From assembly GCA_963724265.1 (NCBI GenBank), contig CAVRTU010000005.1, positions 280,800 through 344,799 of the forward strand: a DNA stretch of 64,000 bases, in the 5' to 3' direction. How positions within the stretch are numbered: the stretch's first letter is position 1; each line of letters starts with the position of its first letter. The position numbers and the translations under genes are program-made. Below, one piece after another: positions 51,714 through 64,000 of this stretch. Under the pieces are notes generated by a model. The model did no database searches. It was not told the origin of the DNA and saw only the letters and a program-made list of their open reading frames with translations. Source of the stretch: an uncultured Gemmatimonadales bacterium (GTDB lineage: Bacteria; Gemmatimonadota; Gemmatimonadetes; Gemmatimonadales; GWC2-71-9).

Positions 51714-53040
51714 ATGTCTCTGGTCGATCGCTTCGCCGCCAGAATGGCCGAACTCGGCCTCCACGATTGCCGCGCCGTTGTCGCGGTGAGCGGGGGGAAC
51801 GATTCGCGCGTCCTGCTCGACCTGCTGCTCGCCACCGCGGAGCACCACCGGCTGGATCTCGTCGTGGCCCACGCCGACCACGGCATCCACCCCGACAGCG
51901 CCGAGGTGGCCGGCCGGGTCCGCGAACTTGCCGCGGCGGCGGGGCTCAAGGTCGAGATCGGCCAGCTCGGGCTGGGCGCGGCGGCCACCGAAACGGTGGC
52001 CCGCGAGGCACGGTACGCTTTTCTCGAACGGGTCCGGCGGGAGCGCGGTGCCGAGTGGATCATCGCGGCGCATCACGCCGACGACCAGGTCGAAACCGTC
52101 CTGATGCGCGCGCTCAAGGGCTCCGGTCCTGCCGGCCTCGCCGCCATGGCCGACCGTGACGGGGCGCTGGTGCGGCCGCTCCTGCCGTTCCGCCGGGCGG
52201 AGCTCGAGGAACATGCCCGGGAGCGTGGTCTCGCCTTCTGGGATGATCCGGCCAATCGCGATTCGCGGTTCCTGCGGAACTGGCTTCGCCACGAACTCCT
52301 GCCGGTGCTGCGCGGACGGCTGCCCGAGGTGGAGGAGGACCTGCTCCGCCTCTCCCGGCAGGCGGCGGCGGATCGCACGGGCTGGGATCAGCTGCTGCGC
52401 ACCACGGCCGCCCTCGACTGGCGGCCCGAAGCCCAGGGAGGCTCCGCTTGCCGTGGCGGGGCTCCTGGCCTGGGACGGCCCGCTCGCGATCCGGGTGATT
52501 GCTGCCGCCGGCCGCCGAGTGGGAATCACCATCGGAGCGACGCGTGCGAGCGCCGTCATGGGGCTGGTCCGTACCGGATCCAGCGGCTCGGCCGTGCAGC
52601 TGGGGGAGGGGTGGCGGGCGGAGCGCGCCTTTGACCGGATCAGGCTGGTCCGGGAAGGCACCGCCGGCGGGCTGGCGCCGCTCGAGATCCACGGCTCCGC
52701 CGGTTCCGGCATCTGGGGCACCGAGTGGCAGCTGGACTGGCGACTCGAAGCGGCTCCCGTCCAGCAGGCCCGCGACGCCATGGCCGCCTGGTTCATCCCT
52801 GAGGCGATGACCGTCCGGGGGTGGCTCGCCGGTGAGCGGATCCGGCCGCTGCGGGGCAGGGGCCGGCGGCTGGTCGTCCGCTGCTTCCAGGAGGCCCGCG
52901 TCCCGCGGTCGCGGCGGACCGGGTGGCCGGTGGTCGAGGCGGTGGGACGGGTCGTCTGGGTGCCGGGTGTCTGCCGGTCCGACGACCTGCTTCCCGAGCC
53001 CGGCGCCCTGGCCCTGCGGGTGGAAGCCCGTGGACGCTGA
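51714..53040 (+). CDS. tilS: tRNA(Ile)-lysidine synthetase; one frame break
   Basis: [16 protein letters not shown] (PP-loop SGGxDS), [29 protein letters not shown]-terminus is in the 52156..53040 frame (...[19 protein letters not shown]...). The frame change is near 52445. Confidence 0.85.
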
Positions 53041-53053
53041 GGCCGCCCGCCTG

Positions 53054-53578
53054 ATGTCCGAGGGGGAAGTCACCCGCGTCATCTACGACGAGGCGACCAT
53101 CGCACGACGGGTGGCGGAGCTGGGCCGGGAGATCACGGCGGCCTACCCGGAGGGCGAGCTGCTGGTGCTGGGTCTGCTCAAGGGCGGCTTCATCTTCATG
53201 GCGGACCTGGTCCGCCAGATCCGGCGGCCGCTCCAGGTGGACTTCCTGGTGGCCAGCTCCTACGGCCCGGAAACGGTCTCCAGCGGGCACGTCCGGCTGC
53301 TCTACGACCCGGCCGTTTCCCTGGCCGGCCGACATATTCTGCTCGTCGAGGATATAATTGATACGGGCAGGACGCTGGCCCGCCTGGTGGACATGCTCCG
53401 GGCAAGGGGTCCGCGCAGTCTGGCGATCTGCGCCCTGCTCGACAAGCACGTGGCCGAGAATCCGCCCGCCGAAATCCGGTGGATCGGATTCGACGCACCG
53501 CCCCTGTTCCTGGTCGGGTACGGCCTGGACCGGGCGGAAGAGTTCCGACATCTCCCGTTCATCGGGGCATTGAGCTGA
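53054..53578 (+). CDS. hpt: Hypoxanthine phosphoribosyltransferase
   Basis: [27 protein letters not shown]...[12 protein letters not shown]...[14 protein letters not shown] (PRPP motif)...[17 protein letters not shown]. Confidence 0.9.
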   Translation: MSEGEVTRVIYDEATIARRVAELGREITAAYPEGELLVLGLLKGGFIFMADLVRQIRRPLQVDFLVASSYGPETVSSGHVRLLYDPAVSLAGRHILLVEDIIDTGRTLARLVDMLRARGPRSLAICALLDKHVAENPPAEIRWIGFDAPPLFLVGYGLDRAEEFRHLPFIGALS

Positions 53579-55577
<1,999 letters not shown>

Positions 55578-55581
<4 letters not shown>

Positions 55582-56760
55582 TCGTCACCCCGCTGGCGAT
55601 CCATTCGCCGCGGGCGGTGCGGGACACCCTGCTCGCCCATGGGTGGGACAGCACAATGGCCGGGACCGCTTCGACGGGTCTCGGCCCTTTTGCTGTCCGC
55701 TTCGATGGGGTGACAGCCGAGGCACTCGAGGCGCTGGTCCGCCAGGCCGGCAAGCTGGGGCTGGATGTCATCACCGGGACGGACTGGGCGATCCTGGCCG
55801 GATCGTTTGCCCGCCTGGGTGCGCTGGCCCGACCCTGGGTCCAGCCTCCCGAACTCGCCGACCTCTGCTATCGTCTCGGACTCGCCCTGCCTCCGGATCC
55901 GGTCACCGAGTGGGTGACCGCCCGCGGGGCCGTCTCGCTCTCCGCTCCAGTCCTCGTCGGCATCCTGAACGTCACTCCCGACAGCTTCAGTGACGGCGGC
56001 CGCTTCGTGGCCCCGGCGGCGGCCCTGGCCCAGGCGGAACGGATGCTCGAGGACGGGGCCGGGATCCTCGACATCGGCGGAGAGTCCACCCGGCCCACCA
56101 CCCGGCAGCCGGTGACCGAGGCGGAGGAACTCGGCCGGGTCCTTCCCCTGGTCGAGACGCTGGTCGGCCGGCACCCCTCGCTCCTGCTGAGCGTGGATAC
56201 CGTCAAGTCGGCGGTCGCGCGTGCGGCGCTCGCAGGCGGGCGCAGCCATCGTCAATGACGTATCCGGATTCCGCCTCGACCCTGCGATGGCGGGCGTCGT
56301 CGCGGCGGCCGGGGCGGGGGTCATTCTCATGCACTCACGCGGCCCGCTGTCCGAGATCTCCAGCGATGTCCACGCGGATTATGCCGGCGATGTCACGGCG
56401 GCGGTCGTGGCGGAGCTGGGAGCCGCGCTCGAGCACGCCACCAAGGGTGGTGTCGCCGCCGAGCGGATCGCGATCGATCCGGGGCTCGGATTCGCGAAGA
56501 CGGCGGACCAGAGCCTCGCGCTGCTGGATGGCCTCGCGGCGCTGCGTCCGCTGGGTCGGCCCGTGCTCGTCGGCCCCTCACGCAAGCGATTTCTCGGCGC
56601 GGCCACGGGCAGAGGCGTGGCCGAGCGGGACGTGGCCACGGCGGCCGCCTGCGTCGTGGCCTACGAGCGTGGCGCCCGGCTCTTCCGGGTGCACGACGTC
56701 GCGGTCGCGCGTGATGCGCTGGCCGTGGCCCATGCCACGAGGGAAGGCCCTCCGGCTTGA
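55578..56760 (+). CDS. folP: Dihydropteroate synthase with ~115-aa N-terminal extension; one frame break
   Basis: GILNVTPDSFSDGG...ILDIGGESTRP...SVDT, then the 56221 frame IVNDVSG...ILMH...IDPGLGFAKT...VGPSRKRFLG...FRVHDV. The frame change is near 56240. Confidence 0.88.
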
Positions 56761-59151
56761 CCGCGACCGCTGGTTCGCCTCCGTATCGCGCGGCGGCCGC
56801 AGTCGCCGGCCTCGTCCTGGCCGGCTACCTCGTCACGCTGGCGCCCTCGGTCACCTTCTGGGACGCCGGGGAGTTCATCGCCGCCACCCGCACCCTGGGC
56901 ATCCCGCACCCGCCGGGGACACCGCTCTTCGTGCTGATCGCCCACCTCTGGGCCGCTCTGGTGCCGATCGGCGAGTACGCCATCCGGACCAACCTGCTGA
57001 GCGCGCTGCTCAGCGCCATGGGCGCCGGCTTCCTCTTCCTCGTCGCGTACGAGTCGCTGGGGCCGGCGACCAGCGACCTCCCGCCGCGCGAGGGAGCGCT
57101 GGTCCGGAACGGCGGCGCCCTCGCCGCGACACTGATCGGCGCCTTCACCTTCACGCAGTGGCAGAACTCCAACGAGACCGAGGTCTACGCGGTCGCGGGC
57201 GCGACCATCGCGCTGACGGCGTGGCTCTGCCTGGTCTGGCGCCAGCGGCGGCGGAGCGGCGGGCCCGCGGCCAACATGCTGCTGCTCATCCTCTACATCG
57301 CGGGGCTGTCGATCGGCAACCACCTCCTGGCCCTGCTGGTCGGGCCGGCCGTCGTGATGTTCCTCTGGGCCACGCTGCGAACGGAGGCCGCCCCGGACTC
57401 GGTGGTGCGGCGGCGCGAGTGGGCCGAGGTGGCCGTCGTGGCCGGCACCTGGGCGCTGCTGATCGGGATGGGGCTCGGCAGCGCGCCGCTCTCGATCCTG
57501 GGGGGGGTGCTCTGCGCCGCCGCCGTGGTCTTCGCCGTCGTCTCGGGCTCGCCGGCGTTCGGCCTGCTGGGAGTGGCCCTCGCCGTCTTCGGGATCACCA
57601 CCTACTTCTTTCTCTACCTCCGCTCCGGCCAGCATCCACCGCTCAACGAGGCCCAGCCCGATAACTGGCACTCGCTCCTCCTGGTGATCCGGCGCGCGCA
57701 GTATCCCGTCCGCACGCCGCTCGACGATCCGACGGTGCTGCACGGGCCGAACAACCCGGGCCGCACCCTGCGCATTCTCTGGCTCCAGCTGATCAACTAC
57801 CTGCAGTACTTCGACTGGCAGTGGGCCAATGGCGTGCCGGGAGGGATCCCGGCGGGGAAGGGCATGCTGCCCTGGCGGACCGGGGCGACCCTGCTCTTCG
57901 GCTGGCTCGGGCTCCACGGACTGCTGCTCCAGCGCCGGACCGACCGGGCCGCGTGGTGGCTCTGCTTCACGCTCTTCCTGACCACCGGACTGGTGCTGAT
58001 GCTGTACATGAACTTCAAGTTCGGCTACAGCCTGGCCCGCGATCTGTATCCCGACAGCCAATCAGCACGAGGTCCGTGAGCGCGACTACTTCTTCGTCGT
58101 GAGCTACATCCTGTGGGGCTGGTGGGCGGGGTTCGGACTGACCGCCCTGGCCCGCCGGGTGCTCGAGCGGCGGCCTTCCTCGCGCGCGCTCTCCGCCTCG
58201 GTGTTCGGCATTGCCGCGCTGCCCTTCCTCCTCAATTTCACCGCGGCCAGCCGCCGGCACGGCGCCGACGCGCGCCTGCCCGGGGACTTCGCCTACGACC
58301 TGCTCAACTCCGTGCCCCCCTACGGAGTGCTCTTCACCTACGGCGACAACGACACCTTTCCTCTCTGGTGGGCCCAGGAGGTCGCCGGAGTCCGGCAGGA
58401 TGTGACGGTCGTCTGCCTGGCGCTGGCCCAGACCGACTGGTACATGCGGCAGCTCCGCGACCGTCCCCCCGGCGAGTTCGACGAGGCGGCAGCGCCCGCC
58501 TACTGGCAGGGCCGGCACCCAGTCAAGCCGGACTGGCCGCTGCACACGATGACCGACGGCGAGATCGAGTCGGCCCACCCGACGATGCTCTCGGAGTCGC
58601 TGCCGGTCCAGATCGGTCCGATGCGGGTGACCTATCCCGCGCGGACGGTCTTCTACACCAATGACATCCTCGTCGTCCGGGTGCTCCAGCAGAACCTCGG
58701 CCGGCGGCCGATCGTGTGGGCCCTGACCGCGGGAGGCAATTTCGCCGGCCTCAACCGCAACGTGATCCAGCGGGGGATGGGGTTCGCCCTCGAGCCCGCG
58801 CCGATCGACAGCACCGCGCCCGGGGTCGATCCCTCGTACGTCCTCGGGGCGCCGCTGGATGTCGCGGCCACCGAGACGCTGGCCTGGAACGTCTATCGCT
58901 ACGCCGACCTGCTGAGCCGTGGTGCCGGGGGACTCGACCCCACGGCGCGGGGCATCGCCGGCAACCTCTCCCTCCCGTTCACCCGGCTGGCGGATCACTA
59001 CGACCGGGCGGGCGAGACGGAGAAGTCGATTGCCAATCTGGAGCGTGCGGCGAAGCTGGCCCCGAGCCTGGCGATGGACGAGGCCCTGACCGCCCTGCGG
59101 CTCCGCCTGCTGAATCCCGATTCCGCCGGGTCCGGCGCGCCCCTCCGCTGA
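56757..59151 (+). CDS. DUF2723-family polytopic membrane protein, paralog 2; one frame break
   Basis: TLAPSVTFWDAGEFIAATRTLGIPHPPGTPLF...LYMNFKFGYS (56757..58079), then RERDYFFVV...FTYGDNDTFPLWWAQEVAGVRQDV... plus a TPR-like C-terminus (58099..59151 frame). The frame change is near 58070. TTG start is uncertain. Confidence 0.8.
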
Positions 59152-59218
59152 TCCTCACCCCTCCCGGGCGGCCGCACTCCCTTCATCTGACTCGTTGGCG
59201 GGCTTAGATTTGGCCGCC

Positions 59219-59905
59219 ATGTTCTACCCGGGGCTGGTCGATCGCATCGCCCGTGTGCGGGCGCTGATCGCCGAGCACCAGGCACGGCGGGGGTGGACCC
59301 ATCCGGTCAGGATCGTCGCGGTCACCAAGACGCACGGGCCGGAGGCGGTGCGCGAGGCGGTGGCGGCGGGACTCGATGCCGTCGGCGAGAACAGGGTGCA
59401 GGAGGCGCTGGCCAAGCAGGACGCGCTCACCGATGTGCCGGTGGAGTGGCACCTGATCGGCACCCTGCAGAAGAACAAGGCCCGGCACGCCGCCGGCCGG
59501 TTCGCCCTGATTCATTCGGTCGATCGCGCCGACCTGGCGGTCGAGCTCGCCCGGCGGATGCCGCCGGGGCGGCGTCAGGCGGTGCTGGTCCAGGTCAACT
59601 GCTCCGGGGAGCCCCAGAAGGGCGGAGTGGAACCCGACGGCCTCGAGGCCCTGGTGCAGGCGGTCGGACAGCTCGACGCGCTCGATCTCCGCGGATTGAT
59701 GACCATGGCGGAGCTGGCCGAGGATCCCGAGCGCCAGCGCGACGCCTTCCGGCGGCTGCGCGAGTTGCGCGACCGGTGCGCTGCCTCGGGGGCGGTCCTC
59801 CCCGAGTTGTCGATGGGCATGTCGGGCGACTATCTCGTCGCCGTCGAAGAAGGCGCGACGATGGTTCGGCTAGGTACCCTGCTGTTTGGAGAGCGTCACC
59901 CATGA
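59219..59905 (+). CDS. yggS: YggS-family pyridoxal-phosphate homeostasis protein
   Basis: VRIVAVTKTHGPEAVREAVAAGLDAVGENRVQEA (PLP-Lys in VTK)...HLIGTLQKNK...SMGMSGDY...GATMVRLGTLLFG. Confidence 0.85.
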   Translation: MFYPGLVDRIARVRALIAEHQARRGWTHPVRIVAVTKTHGPEAVREAVAAGLDAVGENRVQEALAKQDALTDVPVEWHLIGTLQKNKARHAAGRFALIHSVDRADLAVELARRMPPGRRQAVLVQVNCSGEPQKGGVEPDGLEALVQAVGQLDALDLRGLMTMAELAEDPERQRDAFRRLRELRDRCAASGAVLPELSMGMSGDYLVAVEEGATMVRLGTLLFGERHP

Positions 59906-60420
59906 CGGACGAACAGGCATTTCAGCTCACGCCGCACGAAGCGCGGAGCCAGGTATTCGACCGCGAGTTCCGCGGCTACGACCGGCACCAGGTGGATGAG
60001 TTCAAGCAGCGGGTCTCCGAGGAACTGGAGCGGCTGCTGCGCGAGCGGACCCAGCTCGAGGAGCGGGTCAGGGGCGGCCAGGAACAGCTCAAGGCGTTCC
60101 GCGAGCGGGAACGGGCGATGAACGAGGCCCTGGTCGCCGCCCAGCAGCTGCGCGAGGACTCCCGGGCCGCCGCCGAGCACGAGGCCGAACTCATGCTGCG
60201 GGAGGCCCGCGCCGAGGGGCTGCGGATCGTGGCCCAGGCCCAGCAGGACGAGCAGGGGCTGCGCGAGCGGTTCGAGACGCTGCACCGGCAGTTCGCAACC
60301 TATCTCGCCAACTTCCGCGCCCTCCTCGAGCGCCACCTCGGGGAGGTCGAGGGCTACCAGGTCCACAGCCAGGTCATGCACCAGGTCCAGACCGAGCTGC
60401 TCCTCAAGCGCCAGGCATGA
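59901..60420 (+). CDS. DivIVA-domain protein
   Basis: MTDEQAFQLTPHEARSQVFDREFRGYDRHQVDEFKQRVSEELERL..., the DivIVA N-terminal motif plus coiled coil. ATGA overlap with yggS. Confidence 0.75.
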
Positions 60421-61255
60421 GCCGGCCGGCGTCGGGCCTGTGGGAACAGGTACAGGCCGCCGCGGCCGTGGTGCGCTCCCGCTCGCCGCTGGTGCCGGAG
60501 GCGGCGGTCATCCTGGGGACGGGGCTCGGCGGCCTGGCCGACGAGATGCAAGGTGAGTACCGAGATCGCCTACGCGGACATCCCCGGCTTCCCGCTGTCC
60601 ACCGTCGAGACCCACGCCGGCCGGCTCCTGCTCGGGACACTGGGCGGACGCCGGGTCGTCGCCATGCAGGGCCGCTTCCATCGCTACGAGGGGTACTCGC
60701 TCCAGCAGGTGACCTTCCCGGTGCGGGTGCTCCATGCGCTGGGTGCCCCGGTACTGCTGGTCTCCAATGCCTGCGGCGGGATGAACCCGCTCTGGGCCCC
60801 CGGCGACCTGGTCCTCCTCAGCGACCACATCAACCTGCTGGGCGACAATCCCCTGATCGGCCCCAACGACGAACGCCTGGGCCCGCGCTTTCCGGACATG
60901 TCCGAGCCGTACGACAGGGACCTGCGCGCCCTGGCCCGATCGATCGCGCTGGAGGAGCGGATCGTGCTCCGCGAAGGGGTCTACGTCGCGGTGCCCGGGC
61001 CCGAACCTCGAGACCCGCGCCGAATACCGCATGCTCCGAACGATCGGCGCCGACGTGGTCGGGATGTCCACCGTGCCGGAGGTGATCGTCGCGGTGCACG
61101 AAGGGATGAAGGTGCTGGGTCTCTCGATCGTGACCGACCAGTGCCTTCCCGATGCCCTCGAGCCGGCCGACATCGCGCGGATCATCGCCACCGCCGCCCG
61201 GGCCGAACCGCAGCTGACCCGCCTGGTGACCCGCCTTGCGGAGCGCCTCGCCTAA
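60417..61255 (+). CDS. Purine nucleoside phosphorylase (PNP/MTAP family I-2); 2 frame breaks
   Basis: [95 protein letters not shown]. Frame changes lie near 60550 and 61005. Confidence 0.85.
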
Positions 61256-64000
61256 TGGCCTTCGCCGCCTGGCCCCCCCGTACCGCCGACGAACTCGAAC
61301 GCGAACTGCTGGAGAAGTGGTCGGCCGAAGGGCTGTTCCGGCAGACGCTGGAGCAGACCAGGCACGGCACGCCGTTCGTCTTCTTCGAGGGACCGCCCAC
61401 CGCCAACGGGCGGCCCGGCATTCATCACGTCTTTTCGCGGACCATCAAGGACCTGATCTGCCGGTTCCGCGCGATGCAGGGCCGCCAGGTCACCCGCATC
61501 GCGGGGTGGGACACCCACGGCCTGCCGGTCGAGATCGAGGTCGAGAAGCAGCTCAAGCTCAACGGCAAGAAGGCGATCGAGGAATTCGGGGTCGAGAAAT
61601 TCAACGCCCTCTGCCGCGAGAGCGTCTTCACCTACAAGGCGGACTGGGAACAGCTCTCCGACCGGATCGGCTACTGGCTGGACTACGAGCACCCCTACAT
61701 CACGTACAGCAACGAGTACGTCGAATCGGTCTGGTGGCTGCTGGGCCGGCTCTTCGAGAGGGGGCTCCTCTACCGCGGGCACCGGGTGCTCCCCTATTGC
61801 CCCCGCTGCGGCACGGTGCTGTCGAGCCACGAACTCTCGCTCGGCTACGACAAGGTGAAGGACCGGTCGGTCTACGTGACCTTCCCGCTCACCGACGGCA
61901 GCGGCCGGGAACTCGTGGTCTGGACCACCACGCCCTGGACCCTGCCGAGCAACGTGGCGGCGGCGGTCCATCCGGAAATGGAGTACGTCGTCCTCACTCC
62001 CAATGCGGGTGATTTCAAGGGTCGCAAGCTGGTCGTCGCCGAAGGCCGGATGCGGGCGCTGGCGGACCTCCTGCACCTCACCCTCGAGGGCGCGCCCGCC
62101 ACGGCGTCGGTCGCGGGGCGCTGCGGGGGAGGGAGCTGGTCGGCCTCCGGTACGAACGCCCCCTCGAGGTCGTGCCGCTGCCGGAGGACAAGGCGTCGCG
62201 AGTCGTGATCGCCGCGGAGTTCGTGACCTCCGAGGACGGTTCCGGCATCGTGCACATGGCGCCGGCCTTCGGCGCCGACGACTACTCGATGGGGCAGCTG
62301 CACGACCTCGCCCTGGTCCGCCCGGTGGCGCCGGACGGCACCTTCCAGGGAACCACCTGGCCCGAGCTCGAGGGGAAGCTGGTCACCGCCGACGAGACCA
62401 ACGAGACCATCATCCGCCGGCTCAAGGCCGACGGCCGCTGGCTCAAGACCGAGCAGCACGAGCACGACTACCCCTTCTGCTGGCGCTGCCGCAGCAAGCT
62501 GATCTACTACGCCCGCGATTCGTGGTTCGTCCGGACCACGGCGGTCAAGCAGCGGATGCTGGACATCAACGCCCAGGTCGGGCTGGCACCCGCCCGAGGT
62601 CGGCGCCGGGCGCTTCGGCGAGTGGCTGGAGAACAACGTGGACTGGGCCCTCTCCCGCGACCGCTACTGGGGCACGCCCCTGCCGGTCTGGGTCTGCGAC
62701 GGGGACCCGGCGCACGTCGAGGTGATCGGCAGCTACCAGCAGCTGGCGCAGCGCTGGGGCCGGCCGCTGCCGCCGGACTTCGACCCCCACAAGCCGTACA
62801 TCGACGCCTACCGCTGGCGCTGCGCCTGCGGCGGCGAGATGCTCCGGGCGCCCGAGGTGATCGACACCTGGTTCGACTCGGGGTCGATGCCCTACGCCCA
62901 GTGGCACTACCCCTTCGAGCACGAGGCGGAGTTCACGGCCCACTTCCCGGCGGACTACATCTGCGAGGGCGTGGACCAGACCCGCGGCTGGTTCTATTCG
63001 CTGCTGGCCATCGCGACGGCGGCCTTTGACAGCCCCGCCTACCGCAACGTGATCGTCAACGAGCTGGTCCTCGACTCCGAGGGCCAGAAGATGTCGAAGA
63101 CCAAGGGCAACGTCGTCGATCCCTGGGACATGGTGCGCGAGTTCGGGGCCGACCTGGTCCGGCTCTACCTGCTGGCGTCGAGCCAGGTCTGGCTGCCCAA
63201 GCGCTTCGATCGCCGCGGCATTCCGGAGTCCGCGGGCGGATTCCTCAATACCCTGCGGAACAGCTATACCTTTTTCGCCGCCTATTCGGGCAGCTGGACC
63301 CCCGGCAGCGCCCCGGGGCGAGGCCACCCTGGCCGACCGCTGGGTGCTCTCTCGCCTCGACGCGGCTACCGAGGCGGTCACGGCCGCCTGGGAGCAGTAC
63401 GACGTCACCGCCGGAGTCCGGGCGCTGATGGATTTCGTGGTCGACGATCTCTCCAACTGGTACGTGCGGGCCAACCGGTCCCGATTCTGGGCCCCCGATC
63501 ACGAGGCCGATCCGGCCGCCGTGGCCACGCTGCACGAGGCCCTCGCGACGGTGAGCCGCCTGCTCGCGCCGGCGGCGCCGTTCCTGGCCGACTGGCTTCA
63601 CCGCGCCCTCGCGGGAACCTCGGTGCACCTCGCGGGGTTCCCGGTCAGCGGGGGCAGGCGTGACGCGGCCCTCGACTCGGCGATGGACGCGATCCGGCGA
63701 CTGGCCTCGCTGGCGCGCGCCGCACGCGGTTCCGACCTCAAGGTGCGGCAGCCACTGGCCCGGATGCAGGTCGCGGTGCCGGCTGCGGTCCGGGGACCCC
63801 GCCTCGACCAGCTGCTGGATACCCTGCGGCAGGAGGTCAACGTCAAGCGGGTCGAGGTGGTCACCTCCGATACCGAGCTGGTCCGGCTCCGGCCCAAGCC
63901 CAATTTCCGGACCCTCGGCAAGCGCTACGGGAAGCAGACGCCGGCCGTGGCGGCGGCGGCCCAGCGGCTCACCCCGGACCAGCTTCGGTTGCTGGAATCG
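61255..64000 (+). CDS. ileS: Isoleucyl-tRNA synthetase (type 2), 5' ~2.7 kb; at least 3 frame breaks; continues beyond window end
   Basis: FFEGPPTANGRPGIHHVFSRT (HIGH-type), GWDTHGLPVE, TTTPWTLPSN, WRCRSKLIYYA, DWALSRDRYWGTPLPVW, KMSKTKGNVV (KMSKS). Frame changes lie near 62110, 62590 and 63310. Confidence 0.92.

Overview
This is a high-GC (roughly 65-70% by eye) bacterial chromosomal segment, gene-dense, with many 4-nt start/stop overlaps. I cannot assign a phylum from the sequence alone.

Most of the window is housekeeping:
- ccoN fragment, class I FBA, purH-purN, selA, gmhB, valS, thrS
- thiolase-bioY-CPBP-hbd-Leu/Val dehydrogenase, rpiB-glyA, nnr, thiL-plsC, eno-ftsB
- malate synthase, tilS-hpt-ftsH-folP, yggS-DivIVA-PNP-ileS
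- two tRNAs (Ser-TGA, Met-CAT) and a set of envelope or secreted proteins

The main candidate system is a minus-strand operon at 14.4-18.3 kb. It has three short precursor ORFs, two of them below the ORF-track cutoff. They share a lasso-register leader and have unrelated cores. Behind them sit an HPr-kinase-like kinase, a PqqD-type RRE, a lasso-B2-type leader peptidase and a nucleotidyltransferase. There is no lasso cyclase or exporter in the window, and no core can form a lasso ring.

Other observations:
- At least 55 reading-frame breaks, unevenly distributed and concentrated in essential genes. I read these as consensus or assembly errors, so coordinates for broken genes are envelope coordinates.
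- A 1.8-kb islet bounded by tRNA-Met and a decayed tRNA-Met copy, carrying an integrase/transposase relic.
- A DUF3494 ice-binding-like gene bracketed by the malate synthase 3' end and a decayed copy of that end.
- A family of intergenic hairpins built from G-rich tandem words (G4-type motifs).
- A conserved ~26-nt motif that supplies the TAA stop codon of two genes.
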